Of a stretch of 64,000 bases of DNA, positions 15,356 through 28,890 are shown one piece after another. How positions within the stretch are numbered: position 1 is the stretch's first letter; each line of letters opens with the position of its first letter. The notes under the pieces were generated by a model. That model made no database searches. It had not been told where the DNA came from and worked only from the letters and a program-made list of their open reading frames with translations. The translations under genes and the position numbers were made by a program. Source of the stretch: the human T2T-CHM13v2.0 reference genome, Homo sapiens; NCBI RefSeq assembly GCF_009914755.1, contig NC_060939.1. One strand, written 5' to 3'.

Positions 15356-17284
15356 ACAGGATGTCAAGTGAGCCTCAAATGACCAGAGATGTTTGAGATA
15401 AAGGAGCTTGTATTCCCAGTGCAAGACAGGGAAAAACCACCTTGAGGCTAGCCAGTTTTTAAAGCTTCCTTTGTAGAGGAGAATGAGTACTTACTGCTTA
15501 CAAGACAAGCAGCATGTTTTTCAAAAGTCAAAAGAAAGCTTGTGAGGAACAAGGTAATACTCTCTAGATAGCTGGCCTTGTCTTATGCACATTCATTAAT
15601 TCATTTTGTGCACAGAAATAACATGTCCATGAACCTGGGGGAACCACTCTTTTGAGAGACCTTGATCTTGGAGTTCCTCTGACTCAATATTAGGAGCAAG
15701 ATAGAGTAAGACACCTATTTTTTTATGTTTGCCATTACATAAGAATGAATGAAACAAAGGCATAGTTCTGCATTGGTTAATAAAACAAAAAGCCCGCTAA
15801 AAGGCAATGTTATATATTCGGCAATCACATTTTGAAGACCAACTATATTCAAGACTCATGGCAGGTTCTGCATGCCACTGATGCATCTGCATGACCTTTC
15901 CAAGGCTATTTGTCACAGCAGCCCCGAAATCGTGGCCTCTAAGGGCCTAAGTGTTCTGGAGTAAATAGGCCAGGCCAGCACCTCTGAGAAATAGGGGCTC
16001 ACCCCATCCTGAGCCACCTTCCCAGTCTCTGAGCAACCTCAGCATCAGTGGCCCTCTGACCGCATCAGCCTGTGGGTCCCTACTTGTCTGAACACATACA
16101 ATTTTCTTTCTTTTAATTGGCAAGCTTTGAAAAACAAGTACATGAGTGAACACAGAGCAAAGAGTTTAGTCTGGGAGCTATTTCTCGTAAGTCTCTTTTG
16201 AGAAAGAGTTTCTAGCCCTTCCCCACTTTCATGAGATTAGAGAGATAAGAACAGGAACATGGAGGGAGGGGTCCACACTCTGGAAAACACTTTTGGATCT
16301 GATAACCACCCTAATGAAGCCCCAAAGCTATCGCCTTTGGATGGGTTTCTCAAACATGGAATTCTACCAGGATTTCTGTCAACAGGCCTCCTAATCCCCT
16401 CTCGCCTGCCAAGCCACATGCTACACAAAGGTGAAGAACAAGAAAGGCATTGAGACACGTGTTCTATCCAGCCAGGGGATGCACAATGTCTGCCCACGCA
16501 GGCTGCGTTATTATCAGCAGGAACTGACAGAGGGGTCTGTTCTCCCCTCTCCAGGCAGTGGAGGGGACGCTTCCCACCTCTGACCTGTGGCTGAGCCCAG
16601 CCCGAGCAGAAATCCCAGAAGAGGTCCCGGCCTTGCTCGCATCCTGCTTCCTGTGCTAAGACCTGGTCGGAATGAAAGATAGTAAAAGTTCTTTCACATT
16701 GGGAAGGCCTTTACAAAGCTTGCCTTTACTATTTTATAATCTCTACATTTTATTGTCCTTTTAAAATCACAAAAGCAAGCAGAAACATGAGGAGGCTGCT
16801 TTATTTGCTCTCCCATTCAACAACTGGGCTGCTGAGTTACCAGTTCCCCCTACTACTTGATTTGGAAATGGACACTAGAAATTTTTCCCACTTGTGACTG
16901 AAGCTGCAGAAACTTCAACCTGTTTTCAGTTACCCTGTTGTACCTAATAAGAGTCCATCCTCTTTTCAGTGGAAAGAAAGCCATGGACGAGGCATTGCAG
17001 GTCTAGTGTGGCTCTCAGACTCTCTGGGAGCAGCTGACGCACATTTAAGAACAGGGAGTCCCTGAAGGGTGGCTGAGGACAGATCACGAGACCAGAGGTG
17101 AGAGGCGCCCGACAGGGTTGGAGCCCTACTTTTGGGTGTGAGCAGTGGGGTCTGATGCACCACGGTGAAGGCATTCAGCAGCCAGGTCCTGAGTAGCAGA
17201 AACACAGGATACACAGAGGGCAATGTCTTAGAGCCACACCAACTGGGTAGGACTGAACAGATGGTCATTCAACAGATGATACAC

Positions 17285-17445
17285 CTTTAGGGTGTATCAG
17301 CAATCCATTGGAAAACTTGTTAAAAGGCAGATTCTAGCTCAGCCCTAGATTCTGATCCAGCAGGCAGGAATCTGCATGTTTCCAGTTTTTCCAGCTGATT
17401 CTAATGTAGATGGACTCTGGATTGCCATTTGAGAGACACTGATGT
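17285..17445. mobile_element. MER5A-like fragment
   Basis: CTTGTTAAAAGGCAGATTCT...GAATCTGCATGTTT...GATTCTAATG...TTTGAGA. Confidence 0.55.
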
Positions 17446-18199
17446 AGAACAAGATCGGTTAGACTGGAGACATTGGCCAAGGTAATTTCTAGAGAAAATG
17501 TGCTTGCTCAAAGTCCTGAGGACAAATTTAAGATCAGAGTCTAGAGAAATGAACATGAACATACTCACAGCTTAAAGGCTAGGTTGGGAGGCCCAAAGGA
17601 AGCACATGTTCAAGGCACAAGCGAGTCATTACAGTGAACAAGCCTCAGAGAAGCTTCTGGAAGCCCATGATCTGGCAGATGGCACACACAATAGTATGGC
17701 AGATGGTACATACCAGGTAAACCCTAAATGCATAAGGTTCGTATTACACGTAGGAAAACAAGGCATAAGCCTAAGCAAGGGGCCTGGCCCCTCCAAATCT
17801 ACAGGTAATGGGCAGAGTCCTTTAGAAGCATGGGTGCATTAGGGAATTTTACCTTGCCTCAACAGAAACTATGGTAAGCGTAGGTGCTGCAAGGAAGCCA
17901 TACTTCAATTGCTCTACATCTATTATTCCAGCAAAGATGATGCTAGGTTCTATGAGAAATTCTAAAGACGACACAGCTCTGTTGTCAAAGAGCTTACGAT
18001 ATAATCATAAAGCACTTTAGAAAACTTGGCTATTTAAGTAAGCCCAAATACTGGATAATATTGAAGCAGTTGACTGCAATCTAGAGTACAAAGTGGGTCC
18101 TGTGCAGCCAGGAAAAAGCTCACAGAGTAGGCAGAGGGTCGAGACTAAGTGATTTAAAGCCCTCATAATTCTTTCTGCATGGCCCCTTTTTCCAGCAGG

Positions 18200-18510
18200 C
18201 CTGACCATGTTCTATGCAATTCACACCATCTGAAAATACATCGCAGCCCCCCTGTTCCCCTCACAGCATTAGTTCTCACCTTGAAGCTTCTGGGACTCAC
18301 ATTCAGCTTCTTGCCCTGTTCCTAGTCTCATCTTCTGATACTCCACCTTCCCTGTTAAGGTTTTGCCATGCCCTTGAACATGACATTAGATACAACTCCA
18401 GTTTTGACTCTTACTACCCTCTCTCTCCCCATTCACGGCACAATGATGATTTGCAAACTCCCTCCAGCCACCTTGGATATATAATCACGGTCCCTGATCC
18501 AACCTTGCCC
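18200..18510 (+). mobile_element. Degenerate L2-like fragment
   Basis: Pyrimidine-rich stretch resembling L2 (CTCACCTTGAAGCTTCTGGGAC...CCTTCCCTGTT...GACTCTTACTACCCTCTCTC). Confidence 0.4.
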
Positions 18511-19214
18511 TTGACCTTTGCATCCTTGTACCTTGGTATGGCACCTTGTACCTCCATGGGCAGCAGCTCCATGGGAATTTTCCAGTCCCAGAGAATTCAT
18601 GCATTCATGAAGGGAAAGAACAAATGGGATGAGTATGAAGGCAGAAAGGAGAGTTGGAAGATAAGGAGCAATAGTCAGACAGGAGAACCTACATTTTGAG
18701 ATCAACGATAATGTCTTCCCTCTCAATCAGGATACTTCTTAATCTCAAGTACTCTATTGGGAAGGAAGAGATCAGCTGTTTCTGGGCTCAAATAAAGGTA
18801 ATCTTTGGCTGGAAGCACTAGGCAAGCACAGTCTTCTACATCTTGATGGAGCCTCATAGGAAGGTGGAGGCTAAAGCACAAATGACATGTAAAGGAAAGT
18901 CTGGTGAGATTGAGCATTAGTGGAAGAACTTTGGTGGCCTGGCCTGATTTTCACCTGAGCCAGGTTGCTGGAGGCGTGTTCTTGCTGAGTTTCATCTGTG
19001 GCCCCAAAGCCTTTGGGGATTCAGAACCAATGGGTACTCTGCAGTCTGGCCTCCACATGACCCCCAACTGGCTTTGTGATGAAAGGAATCATGTTCCATG
19101 TAAGAACCCATCTTCTGAACACCCCACTGCACTCTCACTGGTAGAAGACAAATCTGATGCTCTAGGGAGTTATATAGTTTATTTCTTCTCATTTCAACCT
19201 TTCTATTTCTCAGA

Positions 19215-19284
19215 CACATATGCACAGGTGCACACACACACAAGTGCACACACACACGTGCTTGTGCACACACATACACACACA
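19215..19284. repeat. Imperfect (CA)n/(CACG) microsatellite
   Basis: CACATATGCACAGGTGCACACACACACAAGTGCACACACACACGTG... Confidence 0.85.
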
Positions 19285-21242
19285 GAGGACTTTGAACTGC
19301 CTAAGGGCAAGAATAATTCCGTATTCATGTTCTACAATGCCTGGAGAAAGCTTTTCACACAGTAGGCCTTCAAAAAATTCCACTAATGAGCAGGATTCAT
19401 AATAGTAAAGTAAATGATGCTGCTACAAATCTGAGCCATGGGAGGATCCATGAAGAATGCCAGGTACGAATATCTTCAGGGTCCGTCTCATAGGGATGCA
19501 GTCCCATAGATGTCTATAAGCCCCTTAACTCACAGCCTCAAATTAATCAAGCAAAGAGACTAAGAGAAACTTGTCAAGTCTTGTATCTCCTTAATTTTAC
19601 CTTATGCTAAGTTTCCATGACAGGGAGCAGCTATGACTGGTCAGCAGTCACCAGCCATAGTCCAGCCCTTGGAGGCTTGGAGATCTATAGCCTAGATTGA
19701 AGAGTGTGGAAATGGCTAGGAAAGTAAGGATAGGTAAGAATTATCTATTGTATCTACTCTATAAAATTATAGAAAAGCCACTCTTCACTTTCCCAAGAAC
19801 CCCTCATTGATAAAGATTTGCAGAAAGTGTCTGTCTGGGGTCCCTGTTGCTTCCTTTACTTGTCCTGAGTCAGCCACAGCTGTTTCCCTCCTTATAATCA
19901 TCTCATTGTCATTGGATGGCAGCAGAGACTTTATGAGAAAGCTCATGTGGCTACGGCCCTGCCTCCTTTGCACGAGGATAAGAGGTTTCAAGAAGACCTT
20001 TTTCACAAGGGCTTGTCCAGGATTTGGGCCAGTCCCACAGCATTCCAGGTCCTTGAAGTCTGGCTGAAAACCTTGTGGGAAGAGAAAACCTTCTAAGCAA
20101 GAGAAAGCCAACATATATTAAAATGTTCTTGTCTTCCCGGATAGGTTGTGTTTTGTGAATAGGGCAATATGTCATTTCTCCCAGGAAAAGAAAACACAAA
20201 ACTGATTCAAAATGTACTGAGGTAAAAAGAGTTGCAGAAGAAAATTAATCTTCAGATTCCCTAACTTTTTGTGTCCCATAAATAATCTGTGGCCTTGTCC
20301 CAGAGAGAAATGTGTCTGCCATTTTGGCAAACCAGGTATCTGAGAGAGAGAATAGAGTTGCCCTGTCTTGAGGAAAGACCACAAGGCAAACATAAATGAA
20401 AAGAACAAAGACTCTGTATTGTTGAGCTGAATGGCCACCCAAATATCCCAAAGAATGAACTTTAACTTTCTCAACAGAAAGGCAACCACAGGAAGTTTGG
20501 CAGCTCATGGAGAAAGTTCCTTCATGAATATGTGGCCTTTACAGTGCTTCGTCTTTACACAGAATTAACTCCGGGCCTGAAAGATGTGTGCCTTTTCCTG
20601 TTTTGTTTTAATGGCAGACTCAGAACACAGGGTACAGTTTTGCTTCTGTCTTTAAAGTTGTCCTTGCTTTGCCCTCCAAGGCCTGTAGCCAGTCGAGCAT
20701 TTTTGGCAAGACAGAAACACTCTCCAGTCCCAAGAATGCCCAGGAACCAACAGACATAGATGGTTCCTAAGCTTATTTCCTGTGTTCAGATTCAAGAGTG
20801 GAATCCCAGTTTGGCCTGGCTACAGAGGCTGGAAGGTAGAAAAGGTGAAAAATTCTCTAAAATGTTTCCAGGTTTTCTATTTACTGGATAAGCAACAAAC
20901 CAATAGCTGTTTGGAGTAGCTAGCTGGCTGGCAGCAATTTTCCAAGAATTTCCAAATAGCAGTACGTGGCCTAAGAAAGGGAGGTACCAGGAAAGGAGTA
21001 AGAAGGGAGCAAAGTAAAAAATGATTTATTGGTGCCCTTGGCAATATAAAGTTGAAGTGGACAGCGCAGCCAAAAGTATCTTGCTACTGCAGTAGGGAAA
21101 TTAGCCAAGGGTGGTGTCAATTAGAGATACAAGGGGTGGTAATTTCACTGGAGAAGCCAACTCTAGGTATGGGTGCTGAGCAATTGCCCCAGCAACCTGC
21201 CAAGGTATGTTCTATTTGTTTTCACCAGGACTGTGGATAGGG

Positions 21243-21280
21243 GTGTGTGTGCGAGAGAGAGAGAGAGAGAAAAAAAAAAG
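21243..21280. repeat. Compound (GT)n(GA)nA-run microsatellite
   Basis: GTGTGTGTGCGAGAGAGAGAGAGAGAGAAAAAAAAAA. Confidence 0.85.
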
Positions 21281-22490
21281 TAGGTCATCCTATCAAAAGA
21301 GAAGGTGAAAGGGTTGAGGAAGGCCTCTCTTCTCTCTGATTTATTGTAGAGCAGGAAGAGTCACTGTCTGCAATACACAAAATAATACATCAGGAAAACA
21401 GGAAGTCAAACTTTCAAGAATGCAAGGGGAAATCAAAACCAGAGATAGGACAAGGATGAATGAAAACACCTGGCATAGAAGTGAAACGAGAAAAAAGGAA
21501 ACTTTTGCTTTCTTGGAAATACACAATCGGTCTGAGCCTCATTCTTTGGAAGTTAAGTCCAGTCCTTCTGAAAAAGATGTGTGGACCACTGAAGAGGAAC
21601 CATGATGATAATTCACCCCCTGCAGGCTGTGGGAGAGGAGGTTTGGAAGACAGGTAGGAAGTTGGCTCTCTGAATAATGTAGACAATGAGGAGGTACATC
21701 GTCCTTTGAGAGGTGATAAGGAGGCGGCCATCATTTAGCAAAATTCTATGCCTCCTAATGATAGATGTGCTTAGGTATTTCTATACCAATGGTTGTAATG
21801 AAAAGAGTATAAACTTGAGTCAAACAGAAACAACTTTTCTTTGTGTATACAACAGGAATAATGCTGATTACCCCAATCTTGGCTACAGAGTTAGAATGAA
21901 ATGGCACCTGGAACATAATAGATGTTCTTTGGATTTAATTTATTGTCTTTTCCTCTTCATGCCGAGATAAAAGAGTACCAGTAGAAGAAGTTTGAGACAC
22001 ATTCTCTAGAGACAGAAAATGTAAATGGCATAAGATGATCAGTGGCTTTACCCATTGATTCTTCCAACGAAAGGTCGGGTGTAATGGACAAGAAAGGAAG
22101 GGATGAGAAACAAAAGACAGTGGACAAACGGAATTCAAAACCAGTTGTGTATTTCTAGTTCTGGATTTCAGACACTAAATGTAGAGCCTCTAGTTAAGAG
22201 TGGAACATCTCTCACAATGCCTGGAGACCAAATGAACTAATTCAGAAGCTTTAACTAATGTGAAAGAAATGCCAGATAAAAAAATGAAGAGAAGCTATTA
22301 AGAATAAGAGATGTGGCAAGAAATATAAAGTTGGAAAGGTGATCAGTGAACCACATGAAGAAATAACTAAAAATCAGGCAAAAACAACACTAATGAACTC
22401 AGATCTCTATGTTCCAATGTCAGAGCATGGACAACAAAAAACAAGATTCCAACATTGAATGGAAAATCTGATCTCAAAAGCTTCACCAGT

Positions 22491-22786
22491 GGCCAGGTGT
22501 GGTGGCTCACACCTGTAATCCCAACACTTTAGGAGGCCGGGACTGGCAGATCTGGCCTGAGGTCAGAAGTTCAAGACCAGCCTGGCCAACATGCTGAAAC
22601 CCCATCTCTATTAAAAATACAAAAATTAGCCAGGCATGATGGTACACACCTGTAGTCCCAGCTACTCAGGAGGCTGAGGCACAAGAATTACTTGAACCTG
22701 AGTGGTGGAGGCTGTAGTGAGCTGAGATCATGCCACTGTACTCCAGCCTGGCCAACAGAGTAAGACTCTGTCTCAAAAAAAAAAAA
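22491..22786 (+). mobile_element. AluS element
   Basis: GGCCAGGTGTGGTGGCTCAC...GACTCTGTCTC followed by an A tail. Confidence 0.93.
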
Positions 22787-22959
22787 TTACCAGAACTTCT
22801 TGGAATGGAGCTCAACATTGAAATATTGCAAACATGCTGAGAAGGGAAGACAAAGTAGTTATAGGCCTAAATAATGCTCTGTGTTGCTGATGGCATTACT
22901 CACACACTGTAGGCAGAGATATAAAATGGTACATATTTCATAGAGGGTAATTGAAAATA

Positions 22960-23957
22960 TGTAGTGAGTGTTCTGATGTGCCATCAGACTCTTCCTTCAG
23001 AACCAAGGGAGCCATTCTCCTAGTTGCAAGAGGATAGCCTGCTGCATTGGTTTCTGATAGCTGCTCTCACAAATATTACCACAAATTTCATGGCTTATGT
23101 TTTAGGCAAATGCTAAAACTGTCTTAAACAAATGTATTAACTTATAGTTCTAGGCATCAGAAGTCTGAAATGGGTCTTGTGTGGCTAAAATCAAGACGCT
23201 GGTAGAGCTGCATTCCTTTCTGGAGGTTCTTGGGAAGAATCTATTTTGTTTGTTTCTGTTGGTTTTCTGGGTTTGTTTTTTTTTTTTACTTTTTTTTTCT
23301 TTTGTCTTTTCCAGCCTTTAGAGGCTGCCTGCCTTCCTCGGCTCATGGCCCCATTCCATCTTCAAAGTTGAATCTTTCTTACATTACGTCATTGACACCC
23401 TCTCCCTTCTGCCTTCCTCTTTATAAGGATCCTTGTAATTATACTGGACCTACCTGGATAATCCAGTATAATATCTACATCTTCATTTCATCTGCAACCT
23501 TCATTCTTCTTTGCCATGTAATCTAACATATTCATAGATTTCAGGAATTAGGATATAGACATCTTTGGGGGCTGTTATTCTACCCGCCATGTCTGACAGC
23601 TGCTCACAGCTGAGTCTCTCCCCAGGAGTTATCTTTGGTTGAAAGCAGCTGCCTCACACAAGGTTATGCTCCACAGGAAAAACTGGCATCCAATGACTGG
23701 CTGATTTGAAGGCCCAAAGGTCCAGCCCCCCTCAATGCCTCAGTATGGAACAATCCTCACTAGCCATCCCAGCTCCAGGGTGCCCTTGAATCAACTGAAG
23801 CCACTGCTGCAATGTATTCCAAAATTCAGCTTTTTTCTGGGACTAGTCTTGTAATTTTAGGTCCCTCCAAGTTGTTGTTCTCAAGAGCTCTCTCCAATAT
23901 CTTCCTGCTAACAAATCTCTGTCTCAAAGTGTTTCATGGGAAAACCAACCTAAGGCA
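22960..23957 (+). mobile_element. 5' LTR (LTR16C-like) of an ERVL provirus, split by an MLT1 insertion
   Basis: Starts TGTAGTG, ends AACCTAAGGCA. Segments 22960-23042 and 23590-23957 are homologous to 30744-31181. A PBS-like GTGGATGTCAGGAATGG follows. Confidence 0.8.
23043..23590 (-). mobile_element. MLT1D-like MaLR LTR nested in the LTR16C
   Basis: TCAGAAGTCTGAAATGGGTCT...GCTAAAATCAAG...CATTCCTTTCTGGAGG...GGAATTAGGA...GACATCTTTGGGGG. Confidence 0.8.
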
Positions 23958-25134
23958 GTGGATGTCAGGAATGGTCAGAGGAAGCTGACTCTAAAATAGA
24001 ACTTAGGAGATGGGCACCTCCTAGCCCATTAACAATGAGGACCCCATCACTAGTGAAAACTGAAGTTTGTATGGCCCTCACATGTTATACTGGAGTGTTA
24101 AAATATTCCTTGGTGGTCAGTGGGATGGGATATAAGTGGAAGGAAATGCACCAAAGGATGCAATATCTTTGACATTTGAGCCATTCTGGGGAAACTGGGA
24201 TTGCTGATGCTGAATATTATCTATGTGCTGGGAAAAAAGAAGGGAAATCTGGGAAAGGGGAGCTGATCAATTGTCTATTGAAATCAAATTGTGATAGCCA
24301 GAGGACTTCCTTGGCAGCACTAAAAAGTGACTCTCATCTTGTGTAGTTTGAAAGCAGAAAAATCTGAGAATCAGGCCAACGACTTAATTATAAGTATAGT
24401 ACAACTCAAAAAAGGTAGAATTCTTAATCCCAGCAAATCTTGAAACTCCAGATCCCCTCAGAACCATTTGCTCCTGTAGAAGTGATGCACTCCTCTTCAA
24501 GTAAAGACCCCTTAGTTGAAGACAACACAGGGTTCTCTGCCTGTAAAACAGTATGTCTTCTCTTGGGATTTGGCTCACATCTACCCTCCTGGCCACTAGA
24601 GAGTCGAGTTGCAATAGAAGCTGGCCAGGAAAGTGCTGAGTCAGCTAGGAAAATAAAGAGCCCAAACCCCAAAGGGGTTGTAGGTCCCAGCCAAAATGTG
24701 CCAGCAGAGGTCAGTAAACTGTAAATGGGACTAAAGCCTGAGAAGCCTGGATCAAGGGGAGTATAATACAAATTTGAATAAGGGAGAGATTGTTGCTGTG
24801 AAGCTACTCTCTTACAATACAGGGTTCAACTCTGGTAGGCACCCAGGCAGATGGTGGTTAATGTTCTGCTAGCATAGCTCTTGGAAACTACCATATTCTA
24901 CCATAATATATTATAAAAGAAGAAACCAAAAGACTCAAAGGGGTGGGCATAAAATGTAGAGATAAAATGGGAGCTGGAAAACCTACCAGCAGATGATGTT
25001 CTAAGACATATCAGAAAGACATTGTGCTCACCAGAGCGATGAGAGAGGTAATGGGAGCACAGCAGCAACAGCGTCAAGAAACTCAGTGTTGCCTGTCCTC
25101 TGTAGGCCAAGCTGATTATAAAAATTGAAAAGTG

Positions 25135-25440
25135 GGCCAGGCATGGTGGCTCGTGCCTGTAATCCCAGCACTTTGGGAGCCTGAGGCAGGCGGATCACGA
25201 GGTCAGGAGATCAAGACCATCCTGGCTAACACGGTGAAACTCCGTCTTTACTGAAAGTACAAAAAAATTAGCTGGGCGTGGTGACGGGCGCCTGTAGTCC
25301 CAGCTACTCAGGAGGCTGAGGCAGGAGAATGGCGTGAACCCAGGAGGCGGAGCTTGCAGTGAGCCAAGATCGCGCCACTGCACTCCAGCCTGGGGAACAG
25401 TGCAAGACTCCGTCTCAAAAAAAAAAAAAAAATAAGAAAA
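25135..25440 (+). mobile_element. AluY
   Basis: GATCACGAGGTCAGGAGATC...ACCATCCTGGCTAACACGG...GAATGGCGTGAACC. TSD ~AAAATT(G/A)AAAAGTG. Confidence 0.94.
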
Positions 25441-25794
25441 AAATTAAAAAGTGATAATCCTTTACCCAGTTTCCAGGACTAAACCAGTTTTCAGATCTTC
25501 CAGTGTTTGACTGAAGGAGAGACCAGGTACCCAGAAGGAACAGCTCTGCAGTGCCACAGCAAGTGTGTAAGGTAATGACTGCCTCAGTTTTTGCCTAAAG
25601 GACCTATAGCCGTTTACTCAAGTAACTCTAAACTGAGGAAAGGGGAATATCCTGACACTTTGAGGTTGATGGATGCAGGGTCAAAAATAACATGGATACC
25701 TAGGGAACTGAAGCATCATCATGCTTCCCTTGTTAGAGGACATAAAGAGGGCAGATAATAGAGCTGGGCAAGTTGGACCAATGAATCTTACAGT

Positions 25795-28700
25795 GGGTTT
25801 TTTCAAAAGATAAACAAAATTGACAAAACTTTAATTAGATTAACCAAGGAAAAAAGAAAGGACTCAAAAAAAATTACAAATGAAAGGAGGTATTAAAACT
25901 GATACCACAGATGTACAAAGGATCACAAGAGACTATGATGAACAATTACACACCAGCAAATTGGATAATCTAGAAGAAATGAAGCATACATTCCTAGAAG
26001 CATACAACCTGCAAAGACTGACTCATGAAGAAATAGAAAATCTAAACAGACCAATAAGAACTAAGGAGATTGAATCAGTAATCGAAAACCTCCCAACAAA
26101 GAAAATCCTAGAACCAGATGGCATTATTGGTGAACTCAATCAAGCATTTAAATGATTAACAACAATCCTTCTCAAATTCTTCCAAAAAAATGAAGAGAAG
26201 GAAACACTTCCAAATTCATTTTATGAGGTCAGCATCACACTGATACCAAAGCCAGTTAAGGATGCTACAGCAAGATAAAATTACAGGTTGATACTCCTAA
26301 TGAATGTAGACACAAAAATTCTCAACACTAGCAAACCAAATTCAATAGCACACTAAAAGGATTTTATGCCATAATCAAGTGGGATAATCCCAGGAATGCA
26401 AGGATGGTTGAACATATGCAAATCAATAAGTGGGATAAACTACATTAACAGAATGAAGATTTATGATCATCTCAATAGATGTTTAAACAAAAGCATTCAA
26501 CAAAACTCAACATTGTTTTATAATAAAAACTCTCAAACAAGTTGGGTACAGAAGAAATATACCTCAACATAATAAAGCTATATATGTCAAGCCCACAGTT
26601 AACATTATACTCAAATGATGAATAATCAGGAACAAGATAAGGGCACCCACTCCCACCACTACCAATATTATTGAAACTTATAGCCAGAGAAATTAGGCAA
26701 GAAAAAGAAATAAAAGTCATCTAAATTGGAAAGGAAGAAATAAAATTGTCTCTTTGTAGATGATGCGATCTTACACATTTAGCCAGAAAAACATTAGAAC
26801 TAATAAGCAAATTCAGTAGAGTTGCAGAAAACAAAATCAGCACACAAAAATCAGTGTGTTTCTATATAATAACAACAAAGTATCAGAAAAAGAAATTTTA
26901 AAATATGTTATTTACAATAGAATCAAAAATAAAGTATCTAGGAATAAATTTAATCAAGGAGAGATAAAAGATCTGTACACTGTACATAAACATAAAAAGA
27001 TCTGTACACTGTACATAAGGAATTGATGAAACAAACTGAAGAAGACATAAATAGGAAGGTAACCCGTGTTCATGGATTTTTAAAAATTAATAGTATTAAA
27101 ATGTCTATACTACCCAAAATAATCTATTGATTCAATGCCATTCCTATCCAAATTCTTCAAGCATCCTTCAAAGAAATAGGAAAAACAGTCCTAAAATTTG
27201 TATGGAACCACAGATGACCCCAAAAAAGCCAAAGCACTCTTGAGAAAGAACAAAGCTGGAGGTATTACATGTCCTGATTTCTAATCATATTACAAAGCTA
27301 AAGTAATCAAAACAGTTAAAACAGACACATAGATCAATGAAACAGAATAGAGAGCCCAGAAATAAACCTACACATATAGGGTAAACTAATATTTGACAAG
27401 GGTACCAGGAATGCATATTGGGGAAAGAATAATCATTTTCATACACAGTGTTGAAAAACTGGATATCCACATGCAAAAGAATGAAACTGGACCTCTGTCT
27501 CATAGCATAAAAAAAAAAACTCAAAATCAAAACACAAATATAAGATCTGAAACCATAAAACTCCTACAAGAAAACGTAGAAAAAACTTCCTTGACATTGG
27601 CTTCATAATTACTTTTTTGATATGACACCAAAACACAGGAAACAAAAGCAAAAATAAATAAATAGGACTACATCAAGCTAAAAAGCTTATGCATGACAAA
27701 AGAATCAGCAAAATGAAAAGGCACCTATAGAATGGGAGAAAATATTGGCAAACCATGTATCTGTTAAGGGGTTCATTTCCAAAATATATAAGGAACTCAT
27801 ACAACTCAGTAGCAAATAATAATAATAATTTAACTAAAATTAAATTAAATTTCAATTTATTAAATTAATACTCAAATTAATTTTAATGTATTAAATTAAC
27901 AGCATAATTAAAATGGTAAAAAGACCTGAATAGACACTTTTCTAAATTCATAAAAATGTCCAACAGGTTCATGGACAGGTGTTCAACATCGCTAACCATC
28001 AGGCAAATGCAAATCAAAACTAAAATAAGACATCACCATATACCTGTTCGTATGGCTATTACCAATAAGACAAGAGGTAAGTGTTGGTGAGGATATAGAG
28101 AAAAGAGAAAACTTGTGTACCCTTGGTAGAATGTAAATTGGCACAGCCGTTATGGAAAACAGTATGGTGTTGCCTCAAAAAATTAAAAAAAGAACTACCA
28201 TATGACCCACCAATCCCACTTCTGTGTCTATATATCCAAAGGAAATAATATCAATCTCTCAAAGAGATATCTTCACTCTTGTGTTCACTGCAGCATTATT
28301 CATAATAGCCAAGACATGGGAACAACTTAACTGCCTGTCAACAAATGAATAAAGAAAATGTGGTATACATGTAGTTAAATATTATTCAGCCATAAAATTG
28401 GAGAACATCTTGCTATTTGCGACAACATGGATGAACCGGGAGGGCATTATGCTAACTGAAATAAGCCAGAAAAATGAGGACAAATACTGTATTATCTCAC
28501 ATATGGAATCTAAAAAAGTCACACTCACCAAAACAGAAAGTTGAATCATGGTTTCCAGGGGCTGGAGGTTAGGGGAAATAAGAGTATGTTGGTCAAAGGA
28601 TACAAACTTTCTAATATAAGATGAATAAGCTCTGAGGATCTAATGTACAGCATGGTGGCTATATTTAATGATACTGTATTGTGTATTTGTAATTTGCTGA

Positions 28701-28890
28701 GAATAGATCCTGTGTTCTCACCACAAAAACAAAAATGGTAACTATCTGAGGTTAGGGATATGTTAACCAACATAATTGTGATAATCATTCCTTCACAATA
28801 TATACTTATATCAAATAATCATGTTGTATATTTTAAGTGTATACAATTTTATTTGTCAATTATACATCAACACAAGTGGGAGGGAAAAAA
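25795..28890 (+). mobile_element. Old L1M (L1MA9/L1MB-like) ORF2 + 3' UTR, 5'-truncated
   Basis: Decayed ORF2 (e.g. ORF 25880-26155, ...ENLNRPI..KEIESVI..LPTKK..PDG). Typical L1MA/MB 3' UTR GGTCAAAGGATACAAA...ATGAATAAG.TCTG.GGATCTAATGTACAGCATGG. Confidence 0.9.

Noticed and set aside
18214-18699. 161-aa ATG-initiated ORF
   Set aside because: Low-complexity Ser/Pro-rich, overlaps a probable L2 relic, and has no recognisable domain or promoter; most likely chance.
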